Shown: piece after piece, positions 1-8,984 of the stretch
How the letters are laid out: the number at the start of each line of letters is the position of its first letter
Numbering within the stretch: position 1 is the first letter of the stretch
Source of the DNA: Candidatus Latescibacterota bacterium
GTDB lineage: Bacteria > Latescibacterota > UBA2968 > UBA8231
NCBI GenBank assembly: GCA_963422735.1
Contig: OY730476.1
Span: 1,376,001-1,440,000 of the forward strand
DNA length: 64,000 nucleotides
Direction of reading: 5' to 3'
Made by a program: the position numbers and the translations under genes
The notes under the pieces: model-generated
Told to the model about the DNA's origin: nothing
What the model saw: only the letters and a program-made list of their open reading frames with translations
Databases searched by the model: none

Positions 1-1647
1 GCGCAAATAGGCCAAGGCCGTTGGCTGCAGCACGATGCCCTGCCAATCCCCGGGCTGCGGCTCGGCCGCGGCCGAGCGGAAGACGGCCTGCTCCCGCCCC
101 AAGGTGCCAACGTTGAAACTGCCGTACACTATCAGCTCCACGCGCGCCGTATCCGCACCCGCGCCCAGCGCATCCGGCCCCACTAGCACCTGCGCGTCGG
201 TGTGGACATCGAGCTGCCCTCCGGGCAGGACGGTCACGTCGCCGACGACCTCAATGCGGTCGCTCCAGACCTCGACTTCGGTAATCGGACCGGCGCGGCG
301 GCGGTCTTGCAGCTTGAGGTCGGCCACCATCCGGTCGCCCTCACGGCGGATGCGGGTCGCGCTAATTCCAGTCGTGGACGCTGGGTTGGACGCAGCCCAG
401 AAGTCGGTAAATAGCTCGCCGTCAAACACGTCAGTGGCGTCTCCGAGGTTGCCGCCAAAATCCGTGCGATAGCGCTCGTCGTGTGCCCAAAAGTCGAGGT
501 TATCGCGGCCGCTAAACGGGGACGGCTTGCGGCCCAAGGGGAAACCCGCATCGCCAAAAAGCCCATCGGCGCATACTAAGTCCACCAGTTTGATGGCTTC
601 CATATTATTGCTGTAGCGATTGGGGTTTATGCGCCAGATCAGCAAGCCCTCGCCGGGCAGATTGCGCTCGTAGTAACTGTGCTGGCGGCTGCGAAACTCC
701 ACGAGGAAAAAGTGCTCGGCGGGCATCGGCGCGGGCAGCAAATACACATCGCCGCCGGCGTTGACATCGGCCAAGACCACGTTGTCCTGATCTTCGCTCA
801 GCACTTTGAGTTGTTGGTTGTTTACCCCCAGCCAGCCGAGCTGTCCCAAGCTCCAAGCGCAAAAAGGGTTGGGGCCATCTATCCCGCTCCAGCCTCGGTT
901 GCCATGCCCCATCAAGCCCCAATAGCCAATGCCGCCCGAGTCGTCGTCCAGCTCGGACCCAGGATCGCGGTCGTATAGGTCGGGCAGGCCCAGAAAGTGC
1001 CCAAGCTCGTGTGCCATGCTGCCCACGGCCTCGGCAAAAGACCGCCCGCGCTGCACGGTGCCATTGTCCGAGCGGACCCGGATAGAGCCGCCGCGTTGGG
1101 CGCGGTCTTGGCTCACAAAGTCGCTACCCAACCCGAGCTGGGCGACGCCTGTGGCCTCTTCGATTATAAAACCCGTCGGAGCTGAGGCCGAAACGAGAAA
1201 AATGAAATCCACGTATCCATCGTCGTCGCCGGAGTTGGCCACCCCGTCGGGACCGTCGTTGTCAAAGCGGCCTAAATCCACATCGGCATCAACGGCCTCT
1301 ATGACCTCGCGAGCGAAGCGGCCATAACCGCCCTCCACGCCCGCGTACGCATCGGCATTGCCGTGGGATACATACCAGCGGGGCAGCACCTCGCCGGAGA
1401 GTTCGAATTGCCCGCGCGACATCTCTCGGTAGAAGTGGGTCAGGCTGCCCGGCTGCTCGGCGAAAATCCTCGCCGCAAAAGACGGGACCTCGCGGCCCAA
1501 GCCGCGCTCATCGGCAAAGTGCGCGAAGATGGTCAGGGCGTGGATGTGCCCGGTTTGGGGAACGACGTCTTGCAGGGGGGCCGCGCCTACTTCTGCGGCC
1601 GCGACCCAAGCGGCGACGAGCGCGTTTTTGGCAACGGATTTAAGCAT
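1..1647 (-). CDS. Secreted M6-family (immune inhibitor A-like) zinc metalloprotease, C-terminus beyond window start
   Basis: Not in the ORF track because it runs off the edge. Manual translation from ATG 1647: MLKSVAKNALVAAWVAAAEVGA...FDNDGPDGVANSGDDDGYVD...MAHELGHFLGLPDLYD...GYWGLMGHG. HExxH motif; paralog of 15662..18985. Confidence 0.88.
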   Translation of the reverse strand, partial: MLKSVAKNALVAAWVAAAEVGAAPLQDVVPQTGHIHALTIFAHFADERGLGREVPSFAARIFAEQPGSLTHFYREMSRGQFELSGEVLPRWYVSHGNADAYAGVEGGYGRFAREVIEAVDADVDLGRFDNDGPDGVANSGDDDGYVDFIFLVSASAPTGFIIEEATGVAQLGLGSDFVSQDRAQRGGSIRVRSDNGTVQRGRSFAEAVGSMAHELGHFLGLPDLYDRDPGSELDDDSGGIGYWGLMGHGNRGWSGIDGPNPFCAWSLGQLGWLGVNNQQLKVLSEDQDNVVLADVNAGGDVYLLPAPMPAEHFFLVEFRSRQHSYYERNLPGEGLLIWRINPNRYSNNMEAIKLVDLVCADGLFGDAGFPLGRKPSPFSGRDNLDFWAHDERYRTDFGGNLGDATDVFDGELFTDFWAASNPASTTGISATRIRREGDRMVADLKLQDRRRAGPITEVEVWSDRIEVVGDVTVLPGGQLDVHTDAQVLVGPDALGAGADTARVELIVYGSFNVGTLGREQAVFRSAAAEPQPGDWQGIVLQPTALAYLR

Positions 1648-1667
1648 CAAACTCAGGTGGGGGCGGA

Positions 1668-2807
1668 TCAAGCGGCCCGTTTTTCGAGCAAGAACAAGAA
1701 CTCGCGATTGGCCTGTCCTGCATCTCGCGTCCATTCGTGCGTCCACTTCATATCCGCCATGACGTTCTTCTTGTATTCGAGCGAGACCACGTCTAAGAGC
1801 CTGCCGTGCCTTCTCAGCACGTCGTCCAATTCTTGGGCCGTTGCCCGGCCACCCGAGCTGTAGGACAATATCGTCCAGCGCGCTGGCGTGGCCTCGATGA
1901 GCTGTTCAATGGCCTCGACAGCTCTGAAGCGGCCTCGAGTACCGCAGCGAAACTCCTCAAAGGCGGATGCAGCTACTGAGTCCGCTGTATCGCAGCGGCG
2001 ATTGGCCTTGCCGAAAAGGTCGGGTTTGTCAAAGAGCGCGACGCTCGTCCACACGTGGTAATAAGCGGCATAGCGCACGCGCGATGGCGGCATTTTCTCG
2101 TTATTCGACCCATACGGGGGATCGAAATACGCCAAATCAACCGCGACATGGGGGACGAGATCCAAGATGTCGCGTTGGAATACTCGGTGTGGTAAGGACG
2201 ACGGAACGACGTGGGGGATGTCGAGTACGAGGTCTCCATAGGAGCGAGGCGACCAGTCCTTGAGGTACGAGGCAAAGTGCCCCAAGCTGCTATCAACGCG
2301 ATCCAGTGCCAGCATCAGGCTCGTCAGCGCGACGGCCTTGGATACGGGATCGAGCGCGAGCACTTCGATCTCCTGCCGAATCGCATCGAGCTTGTGGGTA
2401 TTGTGTATTTGCCAAGGCTTCTTGCGGCCATCGCGCTGGATGGAACAGCCGTCGTTGGGCCGTCCTCCATAGTGCTGCGTAAACCACCCATCCACCGGCG
2501 GCACGGCGTTGAGGTGATCGATGAGTAGTTGGTACTCCTCGCGCTTCTGCCTGTTGAGCAGATAGCACGTGCCAAACACCTTGGACCACGCGGCAATGTC
2601 GTTGCAGACGACCGTATAGCCGCGCCGAGCGAGGGCCTGCGATACGCGCGTCGTGCCAGAGAACCCATCCAAAACGGTCTTGGCCCCCACTTTTTCGACC
2701 ATCTGCAAAATGTGCGGGAGAAGTTTCAACTTGGATCCGGCGTACTTGATGCCCTGTGTGGGAGGAACATCTACGACTATATCGCCAAAAAGCGGCAGTT
2801 GCGTCAC
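1668..2807 (-). CDS. DNA adenine methyltransferase (D12/Dam-FokI class)
   Basis: IKYAGSK, DGFSGT (motif I) and YFDPPY (motif IV); intact 379 aa ORF. Confidence 0.9.
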   Translation of the reverse strand: MTQLPLFGDIVVDVPPTQGIKYAGSKLKLLPHILQMVEKVGAKTVLDGFSGTTRVSQALARRGYTVVCNDIAAWSKVFGTCYLLNRQKREEYQLLIDHLNAVPPVDGWFTQHYGGRPNDGCSIQRDGRKKPWQIHNTHKLDAIRQEIEVLALDPVSKAVALTSLMLALDRVDSSLGHFASYLKDWSPRSYGDLVLDIPHVVPSSLPHRVFQRDILDLVPHVAVDLAYFDPPYGSNNEKMPPSRVRYAAYYHVWTSVALFDKPDLFGKANRRCDTADSVAASAFEEFRCGTRGRFRAVEAIEQLIEATPARWTILSYSSGGRATAQELDDVLRRHGRLLDVVSLEYKKNVMADMKWTHEWTRDAGQANREFLFLLEKRAA

Positions 2808-3653
2808 GGTGCTATCCCCGATCTGCGCCGCAATCGCGCAATATCTTTTTTGATCTCAGCCAAGGCCGCTTTGTGTCCAGCCGATGATGACACCAGCGCA
2901 TGAGAAAACAGCTTGACGAGTAACGGGTTGTGCGAATAGCCGATCCACCCTCCAGTGATGCTCTCGAAATAGCTCAGCCCGTTTTTGGTGTGAGTCCACA
3001 GGCCGCGTTGCAGCGCATTTGCCGCGGCATCGCCATAGCGCACCCCGCAGATATAGTCCCCAGCTATATTGTAAAAGCGATATACAGGGTGCTTTCTGCC
3101 TTTTCCCCCTTCCTCTTTCGCAATGCGAGACGCCTCGCTCATTGCACGGTTGTAGTCAAACACGAGAATGTTGCAGCGTTGATTCTTCTCGTCGTAGATA
3201 AGCGGCAGCACGTTGATATTGCGAAACTCAACAAATGCAGGATCTTGCAAAACTTTTTGCACCGCCATTCGCCCCCTTACTTCAGATCCCTCTTTTTCTA
3301 ACCGCGGAAACATGCGGAAGTTCTTGTCGTTGGAAAGCTGAAGAGGACCATCCCCGTACGCTTTGAGGCTGACCGGAAACTCAGCTTTGGTAATTTCGTT
3401 GACGACCTTAAATATCTTCCTCTTTCGATTTTGCCCGATAAAGATCTTTGCCGACGTGAATGGAGCGAAAGTCGTACATGTATTGATTGATGAATTCGGC
3501 AATTGCTGTCTCGGCCAAGTCGCCGTGCGTTTTGTTCCCAACAAGACGCATGGTAAAGACATTGCCGAGCGTGGTCGTGATCAAATCTGGGTGTTTGCCG
3601 CTTAACAGCTTCAAGCGAGCGATGAAGTCTTTGTACGAGTTTGGGCCGTTCAT
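2804..3653 (-). pseudogene. Type II restriction endonuclease, frameshifted
   Basis: ORF 3408..3653 (THGDLAE...KSKEEDI*) continues in another frame (KVVNEITKAEFPVSLKAYG). Removing one T from GATATTTAAG at ~3410 restores D-I-K-V-V. PD-(D/E)xK-like motif; overlaps the MTase start. Confidence 0.75.
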
Positions 3654-3738
3654 ACGGATGCTCTAACTCCTGAAAATGTCGATGGTTAAAAAGATAAAAG
3701 ATGTTCTATAGGAGGCATATTTCAAATTATCTGCGCCT

Positions 3739-5289
3739 CTAGTACTTGTCAATATGGCCTCGGCTCCAGTCGATCTGCACGCCGCCGTAGTGCCTCAACC
3801 GCTGGTCTCGCTGGATGCGGTAGCGGCTACTCAGCCGCCAACCTCCATAGGCGACCGCCACGAGCGCGTACCCGCGCCAACCCGTGCCGTAGAGTGGGCG
3901 AATGCTCACGGCCCCGGGCAGGTCCATCTCGTATTCGTAGATCCGCGTCCAATACGAGTCCGTGTGGAAGCGACTTATATGCAAGGTAAGCCAGCGCGTC
4001 TTAAACCGCACGCTGCCCAAAAGACCCCATTCGGCGCGGGCAGCGCGATGCCAGCGCACCCACTCGCCGCGCCAGCGCCAAGCTCCTCGGTCCAAGTCCA
4101 AACGCCATTTGTGGCTGCGCTCTTGGACCAACCGTTCGTCCGCCCAGTGCGGCCGCAGACGTCTCTGCCACTGCCCGTGCATCGCCCAGCGGCGACCCAA
4201 CCGCCGCCGCAGCTCGCCCCCCCAAGTAGCATACGCGGCCGGCACCGGTATGAAGTATGAGCGCGCCGGCCGGCGGTACCCATCCATGTACGCACGCCAG
4301 CCCCGACCGCTGATTTCGGCGACGACGCCCCGTTCGTTTTGCATAGATGAGGTACCTGGTGCCGCGCCAAAGAAGCTGTGCAACCCCGGCGCGTAGTAGC
4401 GGCCCAGCGTCCGCAGCCGCAGACCCCCGGATCGCACTCGCAGCTCCCCGACCATCCCCCAGTGCCCCACCCCATCGCTAGCCACCTCCAACGCCGCCCG
4501 TCCTCGGTCCCAATCCACTCGCACATCCACGGCCCCCATGCACTGCTTGTCGCCGACAAAACCCCAAGGCGTCCGCCCATTCCGGCGCAAGTCGAGACGG
4601 TGGGAAAAGCCCAAGGCCAGCAGGGTCGTGCCCCATTGCCAATACTCGCCCCGCCAGTGCAGCCGACCGCCACCAGCGCGGATGCCCAACAGGTCTCGAC
4701 CGGCCACCTCAGTCGCCGTCACGTGATAGCCGCTCTCTGGCAGAGACCGCACCTGACCCCGCTCGTCCAAACGCCCGTCCCGGCGCGTCCACCCCCCGAG
4801 CGCAATCCCGGTCCACGCACGGCCCTCGTAGCGCCACGCCGCGCCGCGCAGGGCGTTATTTTCTCCACTAGAGCGATACCCCAAGCGCCGACTGTCTCCC
4901 GCCGGCATCCTCGGCGCGATACGCCCGCGTCGGCTACGCCCAAACACCAATCCTGCACCCGTGCCGGGCCGCAGATCGCCGACGACCCATTCGGATCGCT
5001 GGCCCTGCATCGCGTAGTAAAACGTTCTAAAATCGCTCCACCCGGACTCGCCTGGATCGCGCTCGGCCAAGCCAAAAAACGCCTGGTCGCCGGCCGGCGC
5101 GACCTCCACCCGCTGATAGAACTGCCACCTTTCCCAATCTGCTTCAGCCCCACGCACCCGCCACCGCACGGCCGTGTCCAGCTCCCCCAAGTCGTCCAAC
5201 CGCTGCTCCAAATATCCCGCGTCTTCCTCCCCCAAATCCCCCTCTGCCCACACCGGGCCGACCAATGCGAATACCAACAGTCGCCACAT
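3739..5289 (-). CDS. Exported beta-barrel protein resembling the C-terminal part of Bacteroidota ComEA/helix-hairpin-helix-domain outer-membrane proteins
   Basis: AGGAGG RBS, signal peptide MWRLLVFALVGPVWA, ERDPGE and FHTDSYWTRIYEYEMDL motifs, alternating aromatic strands. Confidence 0.6.
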   Translation of the reverse strand: MWRLLVFALVGPVWAEGDLGEEDAGYLEQRLDDLGELDTAVRWRVRGAEADWERWQFYQRVEVAPAGDQAFFGLAERDPGESGWSDFRTFYYAMQGQRSEWVVGDLRPGTGAGLVFGRSRRGRIAPRMPAGDSRRLGYRSSGENNALRGAAWRYEGRAWTGIALGGWTRRDGRLDERGQVRSLPESGYHVTATEVAGRDLLGIRAGGGRLHWRGEYWQWGTTLLALGFSHRLDLRRNGRTPWGFVGDKQCMGAVDVRVDWDRGRAALEVASDGVGHWGMVGELRVRSGGLRLRTLGRYYAPGLHSFFGAAPGTSSMQNERGVVAEISGRGWRAYMDGYRRPARSYFIPVPAAYATWGGELRRRLGRRWAMHGQWQRRLRPHWADERLVQERSHKWRLDLDRGAWRWRGEWVRWHRAARAEWGLLGSVRFKTRWLTLHISRFHTDSYWTRIYEYEMDLPGAVSIRPLYGTGWRGYALVAVAYGGWRLSSRYRIQRDQRLRHYGGVQIDWSRGHIDKY

Positions 5290-5473
5290 AGGCTGTCCTC
5301 CTTTTTGCCGACTTATGCAAAGATCGTGCCATACCACCTCCCGTCCTATTTGCGACGCCCAGCCCTGTACCCTTCTCAACCCACCTCTGGCTCCTTTGAT
5401 CTATAGGCGACCCGCCCGTATTTTTGCAAGCCATCTCATACAATAGCCATAAAAGGGATCTCCATAATGCCGG

Positions 5474-6064
5474 GTGAATACAAATACAATATCCCTCCTG
5501 TTCCAACGGTTTATTAAAGATCGTCAGTACCGATCTCGGCTAGGGGCCAAGTGGGCCGCTTTTTTCGATCTGGTGGGCTGGCAATACGAATACGAGCCGT
5601 GCGATCTCAATGGCTGGTTTCCCGATTTCGCGCTCTACGGCAAGAGACTCGACGGTAAGGAGACGACCATCCTCTGTGAGGTAAAGCCAATTGTCGCGTT
5701 TGATGAGCGCACCGCCGAGCGCAGGCGGAATGCTCTTGCTGGGACCTATTACCAAAATAGCGAATTGCTGTTGCTGGGTAGCGGGCCTGTTAGGGATGGG
5801 AATGCGAACAGGCTTCACTTGGGATGGTTGTATGAACAGCCGCATGGTCCATGGGGTGCGGCTGTGTTCCGTGCGTACGGGGTTCGCAGCAGAACAACGC
5901 TAACCTATACGTACGGTTTTTCCCATGAGTCTGGCTCTTCTGCCGATCGCATCACAGGGTACCACCAAGAGGGACGACAAATAGCTCCAGAAGACTGTAG
6001 GCTCGAGTCGCTCAGCACTTTATGGCAAGAGGCCGGCAACAGAAGCTCAATACAACCCCCCTGA
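5474..6064 (+). CDS. PD-(D/E)xK nuclease-like protein
   Basis: SRLGAKWAAFFDLVGWQYEYEP...PDF...EVK, typical of phage-type PD-(D/E)xK nucleases; lower GC. Confidence 0.65.
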   Translation: MNTNTISLLFQRFIKDRQYRSRLGAKWAAFFDLVGWQYEYEPCDLNGWFPDFALYGKRLDGKETTILCEVKPIVAFDERTAERRRNALAGTYYQNSELLLLGSGPVRDGNANRLHLGWLYEQPHGPWGAAVFRAYGVRSRTTLTYTYGFSHESGSSADRITGYHQEGRQIAPEDCRLESLSTLWQEAGNRSSIQPP

Positions 6065-6178
6065 AACACCTCAGCCTACTGCCGGTCCGGTAGTGCCGTC
6101 TCCGGTAACGGCGTCTGTAAGGAGCCACCTATCAACCCAGAGAAACTTAAAAAAAAGAAGAACGCTGGGATTTGGATT

Positions 6179-6949
6179 GTGAGTGGCGCGTTTATTGCCG
6201 TCATCTTCAGCGTTCTTCTTTTACAGCACCATCAAACTGCGGATCGAACCGTTCAACTGGAGAAGAAAAAGTGGCGCGGGCTGACGGTCGCGCCCGAACA
6301 ACGCTGCTCTCCCTACAGCCGGCGCGACTATCCCTACTCGCAATCGGTTGAGCCGCGCATTGTAGAAACGCTTGGCAACCGCATCTACGGCCCCTATACC
6401 AAGCAAGTCTTCACGGACTTAAAGCAGACACACATAGACCACATCGTCGCTATGTCCGAGGCTCACGACAGCGGCCTGTGCGCGGCCACCGCCGCGACCC
6501 GCCGCGACTTCGCGTCCGACCTGCTGAACCTGACCTTGGCCAGCCCGGAAGTGAACGGATGCAGAACGGGAGGCAAATGCGCCCAAGACGCGGCCGAGTG
6601 GCTGCCGCAGCAAAACCAGTGCTGGTTTGCCGGCCGCGTCGTCGAGGTGCGCCGCAAGTACCACCTCACCATCGACCACCGCGAGGCCGACGCCTTAGAC
6701 CGCGTGTTGGCGGCTTGCCCTTCCACAGCCCTGATCGGGCCGGAGGACGATTTCTTAGTAGAGACCCCGCCCGACGAAACGCCGCCCGAGCCGGAGGAAG
6801 GCGACCCGCTTACGCTGTGGGACGACAACGGCAACGGGCGCATCACTTGCGCGGAGGCACGCCGCCACGGCATCGCTCCGGTGCCGCGCAACCATCCGGC
6901 TTATCCATTTATGCGCGACGGCGATGGAGATGGCGTAGTTTGCGAATAA
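6179..6949 (+). CDS. Membrane-anchored HNH/DUF1524-type nuclease with C-terminal Excalibur Ca-binding domain
   Basis: N-terminal TM segment, HIDHIVAMSEAHDSG...NLTLASPEVN...K..DAAEWLP, C-terminal TCAEARRHGIAPV...DGDGDGVVCE. Confidence 0.82.
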   Translation: MSGAFIAVIFSVLLLQHHQTADRTVQLEKKKWRGLTVAPEQRCSPYSRRDYPYSQSVEPRIVETLGNRIYGPYTKQVFTDLKQTHIDHIVAMSEAHDSGLCAATAATRRDFASDLLNLTLASPEVNGCRTGGKCAQDAAEWLPQQNQCWFAGRVVEVRRKYHLTIDHREADALDRVLAACPSTALIGPEDDFLVETPPDETPPEPEEGDPLTLWDDNGNGRITCAEARRHGIAPVPRNHPAYPFMRDGDGDGVVCE

Positions 6950-7022
6950 ACCCATCAGCTGGCTCGAATCGTCGCTGGCCGTATTCTATCGAAGCCTGTA
7001 TCGTTACCTATTGAGGATCGCG

Positions 7023-7617
7023 ATGAAGGAAATAGGTATTTCCGAATTCAAGGCGAAGTGCATCGACGAATTGAAAAAGGTGCAACGGACGGGGGAACCA
7101 CTCCTGGTGACTTTGGATAAACGGCCCATAGCCACGGTCAACCCATACCGCGAAGAAAGCCACTCAAACAGAGAACTAGGCAAACTGCGCGGCCGGATGA
7201 CCATCCACGGCGACATCGTTCATACTGATTTCGGGGATGAGTGGGAGATCCTACTCGACACGCATGTGTGGATATGGTCGCAGGAATCGCCGGAACAACT
7301 CGGTCCAGATGCACGGGACACCGTCGCCGACGAAGCCAACGCGCTTCTCGTCTCAACTACATCACCGCTGGAAATCGCACGCTTAGTGTGGGGAGGTCGG
7401 CTGGCTATCCGAATCGCTCAATGCACTGCTTGCCGAAACCGTTCCCCTCACCCACGAGATCGCCATTGCGGCCTATAATCTGCCCGGGGAATTTTACCGC
7501 GACTCTGCCGACCGAATGCTGATCGCTACCGCCGTCGTGCACGACCTGACCTTTATGACCGCTGATGAGCGCCTCCTAGCTCATCCCCATCTACTCTCGC
7601 TCAACGCACGCAGTTGA
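7023..7617 (+). pseudogene. Phd/YefM antitoxin fused in frame to a degraded VapC PIN toxin
   Basis: MKEIGISEFKAKC (Phd) reads without a stop into ILLDTHVWIW (PIN). The toxin C-terminus ...RDSADRMLIATA...TADERL is in another frame ending at 7617. Confidence 0.8.
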
Positions 7618-7731
7618 AAAATCCGAACACAGAGATAGCAATCCATGCGGCCCTGCAAGCCTTCGCTGCCTCAGTGACCGCGAAAATGGCGCAAGTTACC
7701 TCTAAGCCTAATCCCCACAAGGAGCTACCCT

Positions 7732-8550
7732 ATGAAATTCGCCACCTGTAACGAGTATTTCACCGACTGGCCCATCGAAGAGGTCTTCGACTATGCGGCC
7801 GGCCTCGGGTACGATGCCGTCGAAATCGCCCCCTTTACCCTCGCGGACCGCGTCGCAGACATTCCGGCGGCGCGCCGCGTCCAAATCCGCGCTGCTGCCG
7901 AACGAGCCGGCGTGGAAATCGCGGGCCTACATTGGCTCTTGGCCAGTCCCGACGGGCTATACATCACCCATCCCGACCCAGCCATCTACCAGCGCACCTG
8001 CGCCTATTTCAAGGAGCTAGTCCAATTCTGCGGCGACCTCGGCGGCCAAGTGATGATCATGGGCTCGCCCATGCAGCGCAACGTGCAGGAAGGTTGGGAG
8101 TACCAAGAGTGCTGGAACCGCATGCGCGGAGCATTTGAAAGCAGTTTGGAGTTGGCCCAGCAGCACGGCGTCTATCTCTGCATAGAGTCGCTGAGCAAGG
8201 AGCAGACGAACATCGTCTCCACCTGTGCGGAAGCGCGCAAAATGGTCGCCGAGATTGACCACCCGCATTTCCAGACCATGGTCGATGTATGCTCCGGCTC
8301 GACCGAAGAAATGCCCGTCGTTCAGCTTTTGCGCGACTGTGGCGAGCACCTCTACCACGTCCACGTCAACGACGCCAACAAGCGCGGCCCGGGCTTTGGC
8401 AACACGGACTTCGCCAACGTCATGCGGACGCTGAAGGAGCTGGACTATCAGCGCTACGTCTCAGTGGAAGTGTTCGATTTTAGCCCGGATCCGCGCACCA
8501 TTGCCGCCGGCAGCCTGTACTACCTAAAGGGCCTCGCCGCCGCGTTGTGA
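7732..8550 (+). CDS. Sugar phosphate isomerase/epimerase (D-psicose/tagatose 3-epimerase-like TIM barrel)
   Basis: GYDAVEIAP, LCIE, HVHVND..RGPGFG, VSVEVF motifs; AAGGAG RBS. Confidence 0.85.
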   Translation: MKFATCNEYFTDWPIEEVFDYAAGLGYDAVEIAPFTLADRVADIPAARRVQIRAAAERAGVEIAGLHWLLASPDGLYITHPDPAIYQRTCAYFKELVQFCGDLGGQVMIMGSPMQRNVQEGWEYQECWNRMRGAFESSLELAQQHGVYLCIESLSKEQTNIVSTCAEARKMVAEIDHPHFQTMVDVCSGSTEEMPVVQLLRDCGEHLYHVHVNDANKRGPGFGNTDFANVMRTLKELDYQRYVSVEVFDFSPDPRTIAAGSLYYLKGLAAAL

Positions 8551-8609
8551 CGCTTGACACTAGCACCCTTTTTGCGAACTTTCGGGCACTCATAAAGAAA
8601 GGATTTCAC

Positions 8610-8984
8610 ATGCCTAACTACACCTTCAACCACATCCACCACGAGGCCGTCGACGTCCATGCCGCGGTCGCCTGGTACAAAAATCTCTTCGGCGCCACCA
8701 GCGATCCGCCCTTTGAGCGCGGCGGTGCGACTTGGGTTCCGGTCCACATCGGCGCAGTGCAAATCACCGTCACGGACCGCGAGTTTGCCCCTATGGAATT
8801 GGAGCGCTACCAAGGCTACGACCACCTCGCCCTCGTCTCCGACGACTTCGATCAAACCCTCGCCGATATAGCCGAGCACGGCGTCGAGATATGGATGGGG
8901 CCGGTGACGCTCGATGACGGCAACCGCATCGTCTTCATCAACGGCCCGGACAACATCAAGATCGAGCTGATGGAGCAAAGCTGA
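8610..8984 (+). CDS. VOC/glyoxalase family protein
   Basis: FNHIHH...WYKNLFG...DHLAL...FINGPDNIKIEL. Confidence 0.85.
   Translation: MPNYTFNHIHHEAVDVHAAVAWYKNLFGATSDPPFERGGATWVPVHIGAVQITVTDREFAPMELERYQGYDHLALVSDDFDQTLADIAEHGVEIWMGPVTLDDGNRIVFINGPDNIKIELMEQS

Noticed and set aside
35-1863. Plus-strand ORFs in the track
   Set aside because: Shadows of the minus-strand M6 protease gene; the same applies to most overlapping GC-rich ORFs elsewhere.
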